DNA of 62,036 nucleotides, the filler included. It is 6 parts of 6 records of this genome, joined end to end, with 100 filler letters (N's around TTAATTAATTAA, not from the genome) between each part and the next. Parts side by side here need not be neighbours in the genome. Positions count along the whole stretch, not along the records: positions 42,317 to 51,459 come from DRR378314_2698; positions 51,560 to 62,036 come from DRR378314_2710; 4 more parts are not named here. One strand, given 5' to 3'. The notes under the pieces were generated by a model that was not told the origin of the DNA, ran no database searches, and saw nothing but the letters and a program-made list of their open reading frames with translations. The position numbers and the translations under genes were made by a program. Every line of letters starts with the position of its first letter. The stretch's first letter is position 1. This document shows positions 50,028-60,068 of the stretch, in pieces.

Positions 50028-51459
50028 TTAGAATTCCTGCTCGCCGCCGCCTTGCTGCCACGGCTTGGCAAGATTGCCAAAGCGGGTGAACCGGCCTTCG
50101 AAACTCAGCTCAACAGTGCCGATGGGGCCGTGACGCTGCTTGCCGATGACCACCTCGGCGCGGCCATGCAGGCGTTCCATTTCTTCTTGCCAGCGGGCCA
50201 TCGCCTCCAGATCGTGATCACCGGGTTTTTCCCGTTCCTTATAATATTCCTCGCGGAACACGAACATCACCACATCCGCGTCCTGCTCAATCGATCCCGA
50301 TTCACGCAGGTCTGACAGCTGCGGGCGCTTGTCCTCGCGGTTTTCCACCTGGCGTGACAGCTGGGACAGGGCGATGACAGGGATGTCCAGCTCCTTGGCG
50401 ATGGCTTTCAGACCCATGGTAATTTCGGAAATCTCGTTTACCCGGTTGTCAGATTTGCCGGTGCCGCGCACCAGTTGCAGATAGTCTACGATCAACACAT
50501 CCAACCCGTGGGTCCGTTTCAGACGCCGCGCACGGGCGGCCAATTGGCTGATTGGCAGGGCAGGCGTGTCATCAATATAAAGTGGGCAGGCTTCTAACGC
50601 CTTGGCTGCATCAACAAAGCGGCGGAATTCGGTTTCGGACATATCGCCCGACCGGATCTGATGTGACGGGATTTCGGCAGCTTCCGAAAGGATACGCGCG
50701 GCCAGCTGTTCGGCGCTCATTTCCAGCGAGTAGAACCCGACAACCCCGCCCTCGACGGCCCCTTCAGAGCCATCCGCAAGCCGCCCACGTTTGTAGGCTT
50801 TGGCAACGTTAAAGGCGATGTTTGTCGCAAGCGAGGTTTTCCCCATTGAGGGACGACCCGCGAGGATCAGCAAGTCAGACCTGTGCAAACCGCCCAGTTT
50901 GCCATCCATGTCGATCAGCCCGGTAGAAACACCAGACAGCCCACCATCACGTTGATAAGCCGTGTTGGCCACATTAACAGCGTCGGTTACTGCCTTGAGA
51001 AAACTTTGAAAACCGCTTTCTGTCTGGCCTTGCTCTGCCATCTTGTACAGCTCTTGTTCGGCTTCGACGATTTGTTCGCGGGGCTCGGAAGACACGTCAA
51101 CCTGCGCCGCCTTGGCCGAAATATCGCGGCCCAGCTGGATCAGATCACGGCGCACCGCCAGATCATAGATCATCTGCGCATAGTCCCGTGCGGCAAAGGC
51201 GGAAATCGCCGCCCCGGCCAGGCGGGCAAGGTAGGCCGGGCCACCCAACTCCTTGAGCCCCTCGTCGTCTTCCATAAACGCCTTCAGCGTCACCGGAGAG
51301 GCAAGGTTGTTCTTGGCAATGCGTTGCGATGCGATGTCAAAAATGCGGGCATGCACGGGATCGTAGAAGTGCTTGGGGCCAATGATCGCGGCAATGCGGT
51401 CATAGATGTCGTTGTTGGTCAGGATTGCGCCCAGAAGCTGCTGCTCGGCCTCGATGGAG
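50028..51459 (-). CDS. dnaB: Replicative DNA helicase (5'-truncated)
   Basis: SIEAEQQLLG at the edge, GRPSMGKT, SLEMS, VDYLQL, DLRESGSIEQDAD, KQRHGP. Confidence 0.97.
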
Positions 51460-51559
51460 NNNNNNNNNNNNNNNNNNNNNNNNNNNNNNNNNNNNNNNNN
51501 NNNTTAATTAATTAANNNNNNNNNNNNNNNNNNNNNNNNNNNNNNNNNNNNNNNNNNNN
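51460..51559. other. Artificial contig linker
   Basis: N-run / TTAATTAATTAA / N-run. Confidence 0.98.
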
Positions 51560-52225
51560 CATGCAGTAATCCCCGGTCGAGGTCCAAACCTCGCCCCGGC
51601 GCACGATGAAAAAGTTGCAGGCGTTGGTGGTGTTCACAAACCCCTGCGGGTCCAGCATCAGCCCCTCATCCGCACCGGCCGCCTCTGCTTGCAGGCAGGC
51701 GATGATGCAGTTCAGCTTGGAATGCGAATTCAATTTGGGGTCCTGCGCCATCGGCATCCCGCGCACCTGCGGCACAGTGGCCAGCCGGATGCCCGCAGAT
51801 TGCAACCGGTCCACCGGCTTGGAATGTTCCATGATGATGACCAATGTCGGCCCCGAGGTACTAAGCTGCGGATGCTGGAACGGCTTGTCCTTGATGCCGC
51901 GTGTCAGCATCAGCCGGCAATGCACATCGCCAGTCATGTCATTGGCCGCCGCCGTGTCTTTCATCGCTTGGGCGATGCCCGCCTTGTCCATCCCCACATC
52001 CATTGAAATGGTTTTGCAGGAATTGAAAAACCGATCCATATGTTCATCGAAAAACGCCCATACGCCGTCGTACAGGCGCATGCCTTCCCAGATCCCGTCG
52101 CCCAGCATAAAACCGCTGTCGTAAACCGAAACCTTAGCAGCATCGCGGTGCACAATCTCACCGTTGACATAGATCTTTATGTCGCGATTGCGGATGTCTT
52201 CATCTGCCTCATGGGTGGTGCTCAT
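51560..52225 (-). CDS. Class IV PLP aminotransferase (BCAT/D-amino acid aminotransferase-like), 3'-truncated
   Basis: SVYDSGFMLGDGIWEG, EHMDRF, QDPKLNSHSKLN, ADEGLMLD..NACNFF; start MSTTHE with AGGAAAGG RBS. Confidence 0.9.
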
Positions 52226-52327
52226 CGGCGGGCCTTTCCTTGCTCTGCTTCTTGATAACAGGTTTGCCTGCGCTGACCAGCACTGGCCGCTCTGGTTTTT
52301 TTGCGCGTGATATGGCAGGCCGTAATA

Positions 52328-55300
52328 ATGAAGATTTTCTCCTCCAAGAACCGCCCTTTGCATTTGGGGGGTTACCCCCTTGAACGGCTGCACCGGCGCG
52401 CCGGGCTGCCCGCACAGATGCCTGATATTCCCTTCGCACAATTGCGGTTCGAGCGCCCCGAAACGCCGCAGAGCATCGCCAATGCAATGGCCCCCTATCA
52501 GGCGATGATGGATGTGCTGCGCGCCGGCAAAGCCAATCCGGTACGGGCGGAAATCCCTGACGACCCCAGCGAAAGAGCAAATCATATCAAGGCATTCGGG
52601 TATTACAACGATGCCTCGATGATGGGCATCTGCACCCTGCCCGATGCCGCCCGCCTGCGCGAGCCACGGCAAAGCACGGGAACCGAAGCGCTGGCCGAAG
52701 ACCTGCGCAGCCGCCAGACCAAGACCCTTGCGGCAGGTGTTGACGTGATCATGGCGAACCTGCGCGAGGCGGCGAATACACCGGTGCCGCCCCTGCCCGA
52801 TCACAGCCATGCGGTGGTGATCCTCTTCGCCTATGGCCGTGATCCGCGTCCAGATGAACCCGGCAGCGATTGGATCCGCGACATTCAGGCCGAACGCGCA
52901 GCCCTGCGCGCCACGGAAAACGCAACTGTGATCGCGGATTACATCCGCCAGCTTGGCTTTGACGCGCGGGTGCATTCGGCAACAACCTCGGACATCAATC
53001 TCGGTGCCTGTGCGCTGGCCTCCGGGTTGGCCGTCTGGCAGGAGGGTGCGCTGCATAACCCCTGGCTTGGCACCCGCTTCGGCTTGGCCGTGGTCACCAC
53101 CGAAATGGTACTGACCCCCGATTTGCCGCTTGCCCCTTTGGCCGAACAACCAAGTGGTATCCTGAACGGGTTGCCTTGGAAGCTCGGCACCCATGGCGGT
53201 TTGCGCGCAGGCATCAGCGATCCCTATGCCAAACGCGATTACGTCGATGGTGCACATCCTTTTGAAACACTGAAACGGGTTGCCGATCCGACAACCTATA
53301 TCGACGCACCCAATGTACCGCGTGTGCCCAAGCGCAGCGACCTGTTCGCCCGTGGCCAATTTGGTGACATGGGGCCGAAGGTGCAAAACGCCATGAAGGG
53401 CGGCCATCACGTGGTCAAATCCGCCCCCGCCGCCGCGCAACGCCGTCTGCTGGGCGCACTGATCCTGTTGCAGGATGGTGCGGTTTCGCCGGAACAAGCG
53501 GGTATGGACCCTGCCCGCAACGCCGCGAACCTCAAGGCGGCAAGTTATTTTCTGGGCAGCGATGCATCGGGACTGTCGGCCTGCCCTGACTGGACATGGT
53601 ACAGCCATGATGCCACTGGCACCCCCATCACCCCGCCCCATGATCAAGCCCTGTCACTGATTATCGATCAGGGGTTTGAAACAACTGATGGTTCCTCCGG
53701 CGACGACTGGATCAGCGTGTCGCAAAGCATGCGGGCCTACCTGCGGTTTTCCATCATTGGTGGCATCATCGCGCAGCATATGCGCAACCTTGGCTATGCT
53801 TCCAAATCCCATACGGTGATGGATGGTGACGTGTTGCAACCACCGCTTTTACTGCTCGCTGGTCTGGGCGAGGTCAGCCGTATCGGTGAGGTGATCCTGA
53901 ACCCCTTCCTCGGCCCACGTCTGAAATCCGGCATCGTCACAACGACTATGCCTGTTGAGCATGATCTGCCGATCGACTTTGGTCTGCAAAAGTTCTGCGA
54001 AGCCTGTAACAAATGTGCCCGCGAGTGCCCGTCAGGGGCAATTACAGCCGGACCGAAAAAGATGTTCAACGGCTACGAAATCTGGAAATCGGACAGCCAG
54101 AAATGCGCCACCTACCGGATCACAAATCAGGGCGGTGGCATGTGTGGCCGCTGCATGAAAACCTGCCCGTGGAATCTGGAAGGGCTGTTCGCAGAAACGC
54201 CGTTTCGCTGGGCGGCAATGCACATCCCCAAGGCGGCCCCGATACTGGCCAAGCTGGATGACAAGCTGGGCAACGGTGGCCTGAACCCGGTCAAGAAATG
54301 GTGGTGGGACATTGAGGTTAAGGCCGATGGCGGTTTTGCCGCCCCTGAAGCCGAAGTGAATGCTCGTGATTTGCAAAGAGATCTGGACCTGAAATTCGAG
54401 GATCAGACACTGGCCGTTTATCCCGCTCCACTGGCGCCGCACCCCTGGCCCTATCCCGATCCAATGAACCGAGAGGCGGGGATCAAAGCACATGCCGCAT
54501 TGTTAAGTGCCGATGAACATCGCGCCAAGACTGCGGCGGGCGACAGGGATCATCTGCATCTTTATGACGGAGCAGGTGATGCACCGGTGCTGGATCTGCG
54601 CGTCACCGGTGTGGAGCCCCTGACCGATGCGGTGACGCTTTATACTTTCACCGATCCGCAGGGGCATGATCTGCCGCAATGGACTGCGGGTGGCCACCTT
54701 GATCTGGTTGTCGCCCCCGAGTTCCTGCGCCCTTACTCGCTTCTGAGTGATCCGGCGGATCGCTCCAAATACCAGATTGCGGTACTGCGCGAGGATAAGG
54801 GACGCGGCGGTTCGGCGCTGTTGCACCGGGTGTTTACGCCAAACAGGCGGGTGTTTGTCTCCAAACCGGTGAACCATTTTGAACTGGTCGAGGATGCCCC
54901 GCATTCCCTGCTGATGGGTGGCGGCATCGGGGTAACCCCAATGATCGCATTTGCCCATCGTTTACATGCGCTTGGCCGGCCCTTCGACCTGCATTATTCC
55001 GCCAGTACCCGTGAAAGCGCGGCCTTCTGTGATAAGCTTGCGGCGATGCCATGGGCCGCGCATGTTCACCTGCATATGTCGGATGAGGGCAGCCGCGCCG
55101 ATCTGCCCGCGATCATGTCTGCGTTACCAAGGGGCAGCCATGTTTACACCTGCGGGCCCGATACCTACATGCAAGCCGTTATGGACAGTGCAATCGCCTC
55201 AGACATCCCCGACGCGCAGCGGCATCTTGAGTATTTCTCGACGCCCGAGCTGCCGGAATATGTGAACCATCCCTTCACTTTGCGCCTGAAGTCAGGCCGT

Positions 55301-55531
55301 GAAATTCCTGTGCCTGTGGATCAATCCGCAGCGGATGCACTGATTGCGGCGGGGCTGCCCGTCGACATCAAATGCAGCGATGGCATCTGCGGCGTGTGCA
55401 AATGCGGTGTCCTGAAGGGTGCCGTTGAACACCGCGATTTTGTGCTTTCGGCTGCGCAACGCGAAGAGGCGATGATCCTGTGCCAGTCCCGCGCTGCCAC
55501 GCCGAACGCCACCTTGGAGATTGATCTGTGA
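52328..55531 (+). CDS. rdhA: Self-sufficient catabolic reductive dehalogenase: duplicated cobalamin-binding domain, 2x[4Fe-4S], flavin/NAD(P)H reductase and [2Fe-2S] ferredoxin
   Basis: GLGEVSRIG..NPFLGPRLK..TT.MP..D.PIDFG, CEACNKCARECP, C-X12-CGRCMKTCPWN; RPYSL, GRGGS, GGIGVTP, CGP, EYF; CSDGICGVC...C; no Tat signal. Confidence 0.9.
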   Translation: MKIFSSKNRPLHLGGYPLERLHRRAGLPAQMPDIPFAQLRFERPETPQSIANAMAPYQAMMDVLRAGKANPVRAEIPDDPSERANHIKAFGYYNDASMMGICTLPDAARLREPRQSTGTEALAEDLRSRQTKTLAAGVDVIMANLREAANTPVPPLPDHSHAVVILFAYGRDPRPDEPGSDWIRDIQAERAALRATENATVIADYIRQLGFDARVHSATTSDINLGACALASGLAVWQEGALHNPWLGTRFGLAVVTTEMVLTPDLPLAPLAEQPSGILNGLPWKLGTHGGLRAGISDPYAKRDYVDGAHPFETLKRVADPTTYIDAPNVPRVPKRSDLFARGQFGDMGPKVQNAMKGGHHVVKSAPAAAQRRLLGALILLQDGAVSPEQAGMDPARNAANLKAASYFLGSDASGLSACPDWTWYSHDATGTPITPPHDQALSLIIDQGFETTDGSSGDDWISVSQSMRAYLRFSIIGGIIAQHMRNLGYASKSHTVMDGDVLQPPLLLLAGLGEVSRIGEVILNPFLGPRLKSGIVTTTMPVEHDLPIDFGLQKFCEACNKCARECPSGAITAGPKKMFNGYEIWKSDSQKCATYRITNQGGGMCGRCMKTCPWNLEGLFAETPFRWAAMHIPKAAPILAKLDDKLGNGGLNPVKKWWWDIEVKADGGFAAPEAEVNARDLQRDLDLKFEDQTLAVYPAPLAPHPWPYPDPMNREAGIKAHAALLSADEHRAKTAAGDRDHLHLYDGAGDAPVLDLRVTGVEPLTDAVTLYTFTDPQGHDLPQWTAGGHLDLVVAPEFLRPYSLLSDPADRSKYQIAVLREDKGRGGSALLHRVFTPNRRVFVSKPVNHFELVEDAPHSLLMGGGIGVTPMIAFAHRLHALGRPFDLHYSASTRESAAFCDKLAAMPWAAHVHLHMSDEGSRADLPAIMSALPRGSHVYTCGPDTYMQAVMDSAIASDIPDAQRHLEYFSTPELPEYVNHPFTLRLKSGREIPVPVDQSAADALIAAGLPVDIKCSDGICGVCKCGVLKGAVEHRDFVLSAAQREEAMILCQSRAATPNATLEIDL

Positions 55532-56529
55532 AAACCGCCCTTGTGACAGGATCTTCCGGCTTTGTCGGCTATTTCACCTCGCTTGCCCTGCTTGATGCCG
55601 GTTGGCGCGTGGTCGGCATCGACAGCATGTCAGATTATTACGATGTGACGCTCAAATTACGCCGTCAGGAAATGCTGCTGAAGCACCCGCAGTTTCAGGT
55701 GGTCAACGATAAAATCGAAACACCCGGCGTGCTGCTGACCCTGTTTGAACAGCACCGCCCGGACATCGTGATTCACCTTGCCGCTCAGGCCGGCGTGCGC
55801 CATTCGATCCAGATGCCCCGCGCCTATGTGGAGGCGAACCTGAACGGCACTTTCGAATTGCTTGAGGCCGCGCGCACCTTCCCGCCCACACATATGCTGC
55901 TGGCTTCCAGCTCTTCTGTCTATGGTGCCAATACCAAACTGCCCTATGCTGAAGCTGATAAGGTCGACACGCAAATGTCATTCTATGCGGCGACGAAAAA
56001 GGCGACTGAAAACCTCGCCCACAGCTATGCACATCTCTACAAGCTGCCCACTACCATGTATCGTTTCTTTACGGTCTATGGACCGTGGGGGCGCCCGGAC
56101 ATGGCGCATTTCAAATTCACCCGCGCAATCCTGAACGGCGATCCCATCGACGTGTACAACCACGGTAAGATGCAGCGTGATTTCACCTATGTGGATGATT
56201 TGGTCGCCTCGATCCTCGCCCTTGCGGAAGCGGTGCCGGACCCTGAGAACCCCGTTGAAGGCGACAGTATTTCACCCAATGCGCCGTTCCGCGTGGTGAA
56301 CATTGGCAATGACAGCCCGGTCAAACTGCTTGATTTCATTGCCGCCATCGAAACCGCCTGCGGGCGCGAGGCGATCAAAACCTACCACGACATCCAACCC
56401 GGTGATGTCCCTGCCACCTGGGCCGATGCAACGCTGCTGCACACCTTGACCGGTCAACGCCCGGTCACCCCGATTGCCACAGGTATCCAGCATTTTGTCG
56501 ATTGGTACCGCGACTACTACAATGTGTAA
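55528..56529 (+). CDS. NAD-dependent epimerase, UDP-glucuronate 4-epimerase subfamily
   Basis: TGSSGFVG, HLAAQAGVR, YAATKK, RFFTVYGPWGRPDM; GTGA overlap with rdhA. Confidence 0.9.
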   Translation: MKTALVTGSSGFVGYFTSLALLDAGWRVVGIDSMSDYYDVTLKLRRQEMLLKHPQFQVVNDKIETPGVLLTLFEQHRPDIVIHLAAQAGVRHSIQMPRAYVEANLNGTFELLEAARTFPPTHMLLASSSSVYGANTKLPYAEADKVDTQMSFYAATKKATENLAHSYAHLYKLPTTMYRFFTVYGPWGRPDMAHFKFTRAILNGDPIDVYNHGKMQRDFTYVDDLVASILALAEAVPDPENPVEGDSISPNAPFRVVNIGNDSPVKLLDFIAAIETACGREAIKTYHDIQPGDVPATWADATLLHTLTGQRPVTPIATGIQHFVDWYRDYYNV

Positions 56530-56617
56530 GGTGCGGGCTTCATCTTGCCCTTAAACCCTGCGGCACTTCCCTCGCGCGCCAAGCCCGGCTAAGAAGCGCA
56601 AAACAGGAGCCCCCCTT

Positions 56618-57307
56618 ATGACCTTCGACCGCAGCATCAAAATCGCCCCGTCCATCCTTGCCGCCGACTTTGCCAACTTCGGGGCTGAATGCGCCGCCGT
56701 AGAGGCACAGGGGGCCGATTGGGTCCACGTCGATGTGATGGACGGGCATTTTGTGCCGAACATTACCTTTGGCCCCGCCACCTGCGCGGCGATCCGCCCG
56801 CATATCAAGGGCGTGATGGATGTGCATCTGATGATCGCGCCGGTTGACCCTTATATCGACGCCTTTGCCCAGGCCGGTGCCGATTTCATCACAGCCCATA
56901 TCGAAGCTGGCCCGCATATCCACCGCACCCTGCAAGCGATCCGTGCCAGCGGGGCCAAGGCAGGTGTAGCACTGAACCCCGGCACCCCGGCAGAGAGTGT
57001 TGCACATCTGCTGGACCTGACGGATCTGGTTTGCGTAATGACCGTGAACCCCGGTTTCGGCGGGCAAAAGTTCATCGACATGAGTGACAAGATCAAGACC
57101 CTGCGCCAGATGATTGGTGACCGTCCGGTTCACATCGAAATCGACGGCGGTGTTGATGTGAACACTGCCCCTGTCGTGGCACAGGCCGGTGCGGATGTAT
57201 TGGTTGCGGGCTCGGCTGTATTCAAAGGTGGATCAGTTAGCGACCCCGCGCCTTATGGGACCAACATTCAGGCCATCCGCGAAGCGGCCAATGGTGTCTA
57301 TATTTAA
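56618..57307 (+). CDS. rpe: Ribulose-phosphate 3-epimerase
   Basis: [44 protein letters not shown]. Confidence 0.97.
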   Translation: MTFDRSIKIAPSILAADFANFGAECAAVEAQGADWVHVDVMDGHFVPNITFGPATCAAIRPHIKGVMDVHLMIAPVDPYIDAFAQAGADFITAHIEAGPHIHRTLQAIRASGAKAGVALNPGTPAESVAHLLDLTDLVCVMTVNPGFGGQKFIDMSDKIKTLRQMIGDRPVHIEIDGGVDVNTAPVVAQAGADVLVAGSAVFKGGSVSDPAPYGTNIQAIREAANGVYI

Positions 57308-57339
57308 CTTGAAGACAGCCAAAGACTGGAGAAGTGGCG

Positions 57340-58833
57340 CTACTCCAGCTGATCGGCAAAGGCCTCAAGCAATTTATGCTTGAGGATTTTACCGGTTGGT
57401 GCCGCAGGCAATGTGCTGGCCAGCACAATCTGTTTTGGCCGCTTGTATCCAGTCAACCGTTCGGCAACAAAACCACGCAGATCCGCCACTTCCAAAGGGT
57501 CACCTTCTGCGATCTGCACAAAGGCCAGCACCTCTTCGTCACCATCCTTCATCCGTCCGATCACGGCAGATTGAATTACCTGCGGATGATCGTTCAACGC
57601 CGCCTCCACTTCGGGGGGATAAACGTTGAAACCACCATGAATGATCAACTCTTTCGAGCGGCCCAGAATATGGATGTGGCCAATTTCATCAATCTTGCCC
57701 AAGTCACCCGTGCGCAACCAGCCGTCAGGGTCCAGTGATTTGGCGGTCTCGACGGGATTGCGGTAATAGCCTTTCATCACATGCGGGCCCCGTACCAGCA
57801 ATTCGCCGATCCCCTCACCATTACCACCGGGAGCCTGATCATCGATCCTGACCTCGGTTCCCGGCGTCTTGGGCCCAACGGAAATATCTGGTGATCCCAA
57901 GGCATTATTCGTCGCCGAGGCCCCCGAACAGGTTTCCGTCATGCCAAACCCGTTCTGCAAGGGCAGCCCGTAAAAGGCTTCCGCCTTGCGTTTCCACGCA
58001 GGATCCAGCGGTGCCCCCCCGGAGGAAACATAACGCAGGCTGGGCGAGCCGAGCCGCGTCAGACCCTGCTCCTTGGTATATTGCATCACCAACGCATGCA
58101 TCTGCGGGACGGCAGGCAGGATCGTCACACCGTTCATCACCGCTTCATAAAGCCCTTTTGCAGAAAACCGCGCCTCTTGCTGGACTGTCGCCCCCGAATA
58201 ACACGCCCCGGTGATGACAGAGACCAGCCCAAACACATGGGTCAGGGGCAGCGCCCCATAAACCACATCATCAGCGGTCATATTGCGCAGGTTTGACGAC
58301 GCGATACCCCCGAAACGCATGTTTTCATGGGTCAGCATCACGCCCTTGGGGTCACCCGTCGTCCCCGTGGTATAAAGCAGCGTTGCCACATCATGCAGAT
58401 CCGCATCCGGGTTGGAGGGCCGTTTGGCCATATGCAACGTCCCAAATGCACCGGACTGTTCCGTGGCCCCCATGCCCTTGGCGTGGCTCAGTGCATCCTT
58501 GGACACGCCTGTGGTCATCAGCACCGCCGCAGGTGTGGCATGATCTATGATGCGTGTAACTTCCGCTTCGGTCTGACGCGCGTTCACGGGGATGATCACC
58601 GCGTCCAGTTTCCAGCTTGCAAACAGGGCGGCCACCGCAGCGGTGCAGTTTTCGGACAGCATAAGGACCCGGTCATTGGCCAGAACTCCAGCCTCGCGCA
58701 GCACATCAGCCAGCGCATCACTGGCCCGGTCCAGATCGCCAAAGCTCCACACAGCGCCGGTGCTGTCGGTCAGCGCCAGCGCCTCTGCGCGCACGGCAAC
58801 CTGCTCGGCCAAAAACGCCTCTACTCTCGCCAT
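57340..58833 (-). CDS. AMP-dependent acyl-CoA synthetase
   Basis: YTTGTTGDPKG, GFGMTE, TGDLG, GFNVYPPEVE, PTGKILK. Confidence 0.93.
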   Translation of the reverse strand: MARVEAFLAEQVAVRAEALALTDSTGAVWSFGDLDRASDALADVLREAGVLANDRVLMLSENCTAAVAALFASWKLDAVIIPVNARQTEAEVTRIIDHATPAAVLMTTGVSKDALSHAKGMGATEQSGAFGTLHMAKRPSNPDADLHDVATLLYTTGTTGDPKGVMLTHENMRFGGIASSNLRNMTADDVVYGALPLTHVFGLVSVITGACYSGATVQQEARFSAKGLYEAVMNGVTILPAVPQMHALVMQYTKEQGLTRLGSPSLRYVSSGGAPLDPAWKRKAEAFYGLPLQNGFGMTETCSGASATNNALGSPDISVGPKTPGTEVRIDDQAPGGNGEGIGELLVRGPHVMKGYYRNPVETAKSLDPDGWLRTGDLGKIDEIGHIHILGRSKELIIHGGFNVYPPEVEAALNDHPQVIQSAVIGRMKDGDEEVLAFVQIAEGDPLEVADLRGFVAERLTGYKRPKQIVLASTLPAAPTGKILKHKLLEAFADQLE

Positions 58834-58860
58834 CCTAATTCCTCCCCTATCAAGTGACCG

Positions 58861-59628
58861 TCAGTAAACAGCCGGACGTTTTTCGAGAAACGCCGCGATC
58901 CCCTCGGCGGCCTCATCCCGGCCTGCGGCCGCTGCCATCGCATCACGCTCTGCATCCAGCTGGTCAGCCTCGGAGGTTTCATAAGCCTGCGCAACCAGCC
59001 CTCTGATCACCCCCTGTGCCACGCGCGGTCCCGCGGCCAGATGATCGGCCAGCACCATAGCTTCTTCCATCACCTTACCCGGTGCCGCCAGCCGGTTCAC
59101 CGCCCCCAATTCGGCAAAACGTGTGGCCATAACCGGACGGCCCATCAGGCACATCTCCATCGCCAAAGGACGGGGCAACAACCGCGCCATTGCCGAGGTC
59201 AGCCCACCATCAGGCACCAGCCCCGCCTTTACATAAGCCGCTGTAAATTTGGCATCTTTCGCCGCAACAATCAGATCACAGGCCAAGGCAAGGCTAAGCC
59301 CTGCCCCCGCCGCGCCGCCTTCTACTGCCGCAATCACCGGCACCGGACAGGCACGAATACCACGCAGCAGGTCATGCAGCTCGTCGACTTTTCCACGGCG
59401 CTGCGTTTCGGAAAGTTGACGGCGTTCAATCAGCACATTCAAGTTACCACCGGCACAGAAGAACCCACCTTCCGAGGTCAGGATCACCGCCCGGATGCGC
59501 GGTTCCTGCGCCTGCTCCATGGCTTGATTGATAGCCTCGTATAGTTCCGGCGACAGCGCACCGCGTTTGGCGGTATTACCATTCCAGATGATCAGACGGT
59601 CACCTGCATCCTCAATCCGTGCGCTCAT
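58861..59628 (-). CDS. Enoyl-CoA hydratase/isomerase (crotonase) family protein
   Basis: FCAGGNL, AVEGGAAGAGLSLALACD, GLVPDGG, EGIAAFLEKR. Confidence 0.92.
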   Translation of the reverse strand: MSARIEDAGDRLIIWNGNTAKRGALSPELYEAINQAMEQAQEPRIRAVILTSEGGFFCAGGNLNVLIERRQLSETQRRGKVDELHDLLRGIRACPVPVIAAVEGGAAGAGLSLALACDLIVAAKDAKFTAAYVKAGLVPDGGLTSAMARLLPRPLAMEMCLMGRPVMATRFAELGAVNRLAAPGKVMEEAMVLADHLAAGPRVAQGVIRGLVAQAYETSEADQLDAERDAMAAAAGRDEAAEGIAAFLEKRPAVY

Positions 59629-60068
59629 GTCAGTCTCTCCTGTGGCACCCGTTTGAACACCCCTGTCGAGGTGGCAATCACCGTGCCATCTTCATGGCTC
59701 AGCACAGCGTTGATATAAAGCAGGCTGCGCCCGCCACCGGTCACTGTGCCTGCCGCCTTGACCCAACCCTGACGGCCGGGTGCGATATATTGCGTGGTCA
59801 TAGAAATGGTCAGAAACGGTGCAGTGCCCGTGGCATCCACGGTCAGTGAACCGGCGGTGCCGCTGGCATTGTCCAACAGACACGCCGCGATGCCACCGTG
59901 CAGCACACCATGGCGGTTGGTATGTTGTGGTCCGACGTCAAGCCAACAATGCGCACGCGGCGGGTCGGATATGTCAACGACATATCCGATCAGCGTTTGT
60001 GTGCCCGTCTCGTCGCGGATCAGGTAGACCTCATCAGGCAGGGGGCTCACAGCGGACCCTCCGCTCAT
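59625..60068 (-). CDS. PaaI family thioesterase
   Basis: NRHGVLHGG..LLD motif. Confidence 0.9.
   Translation of the reverse strand: MSGGSAVSPLPDEVYLIRDETGTQTLIGYVVDISDPPRAHCWLDVGPQHTNRHGVLHGGIAACLLDNASGTAGSLTVDATGTAPFLTISMTTQYIAPGRQGWVKAAGTVTGGGRSLLYINAVLSHEDGTVIATSTGVFKRVPQERLT

Noticed and set aside
52226-52327. Cobalamin riboswitch upstream of rdhA
   Set aside because: The region is only 102 nt and shows no B12-box or conserved core.
51512-53647. Apparent 711-aa aminotransferase
   Set aside because: The N-terminal part is antisense to rdhA; the real start is 52225, with an RBS.
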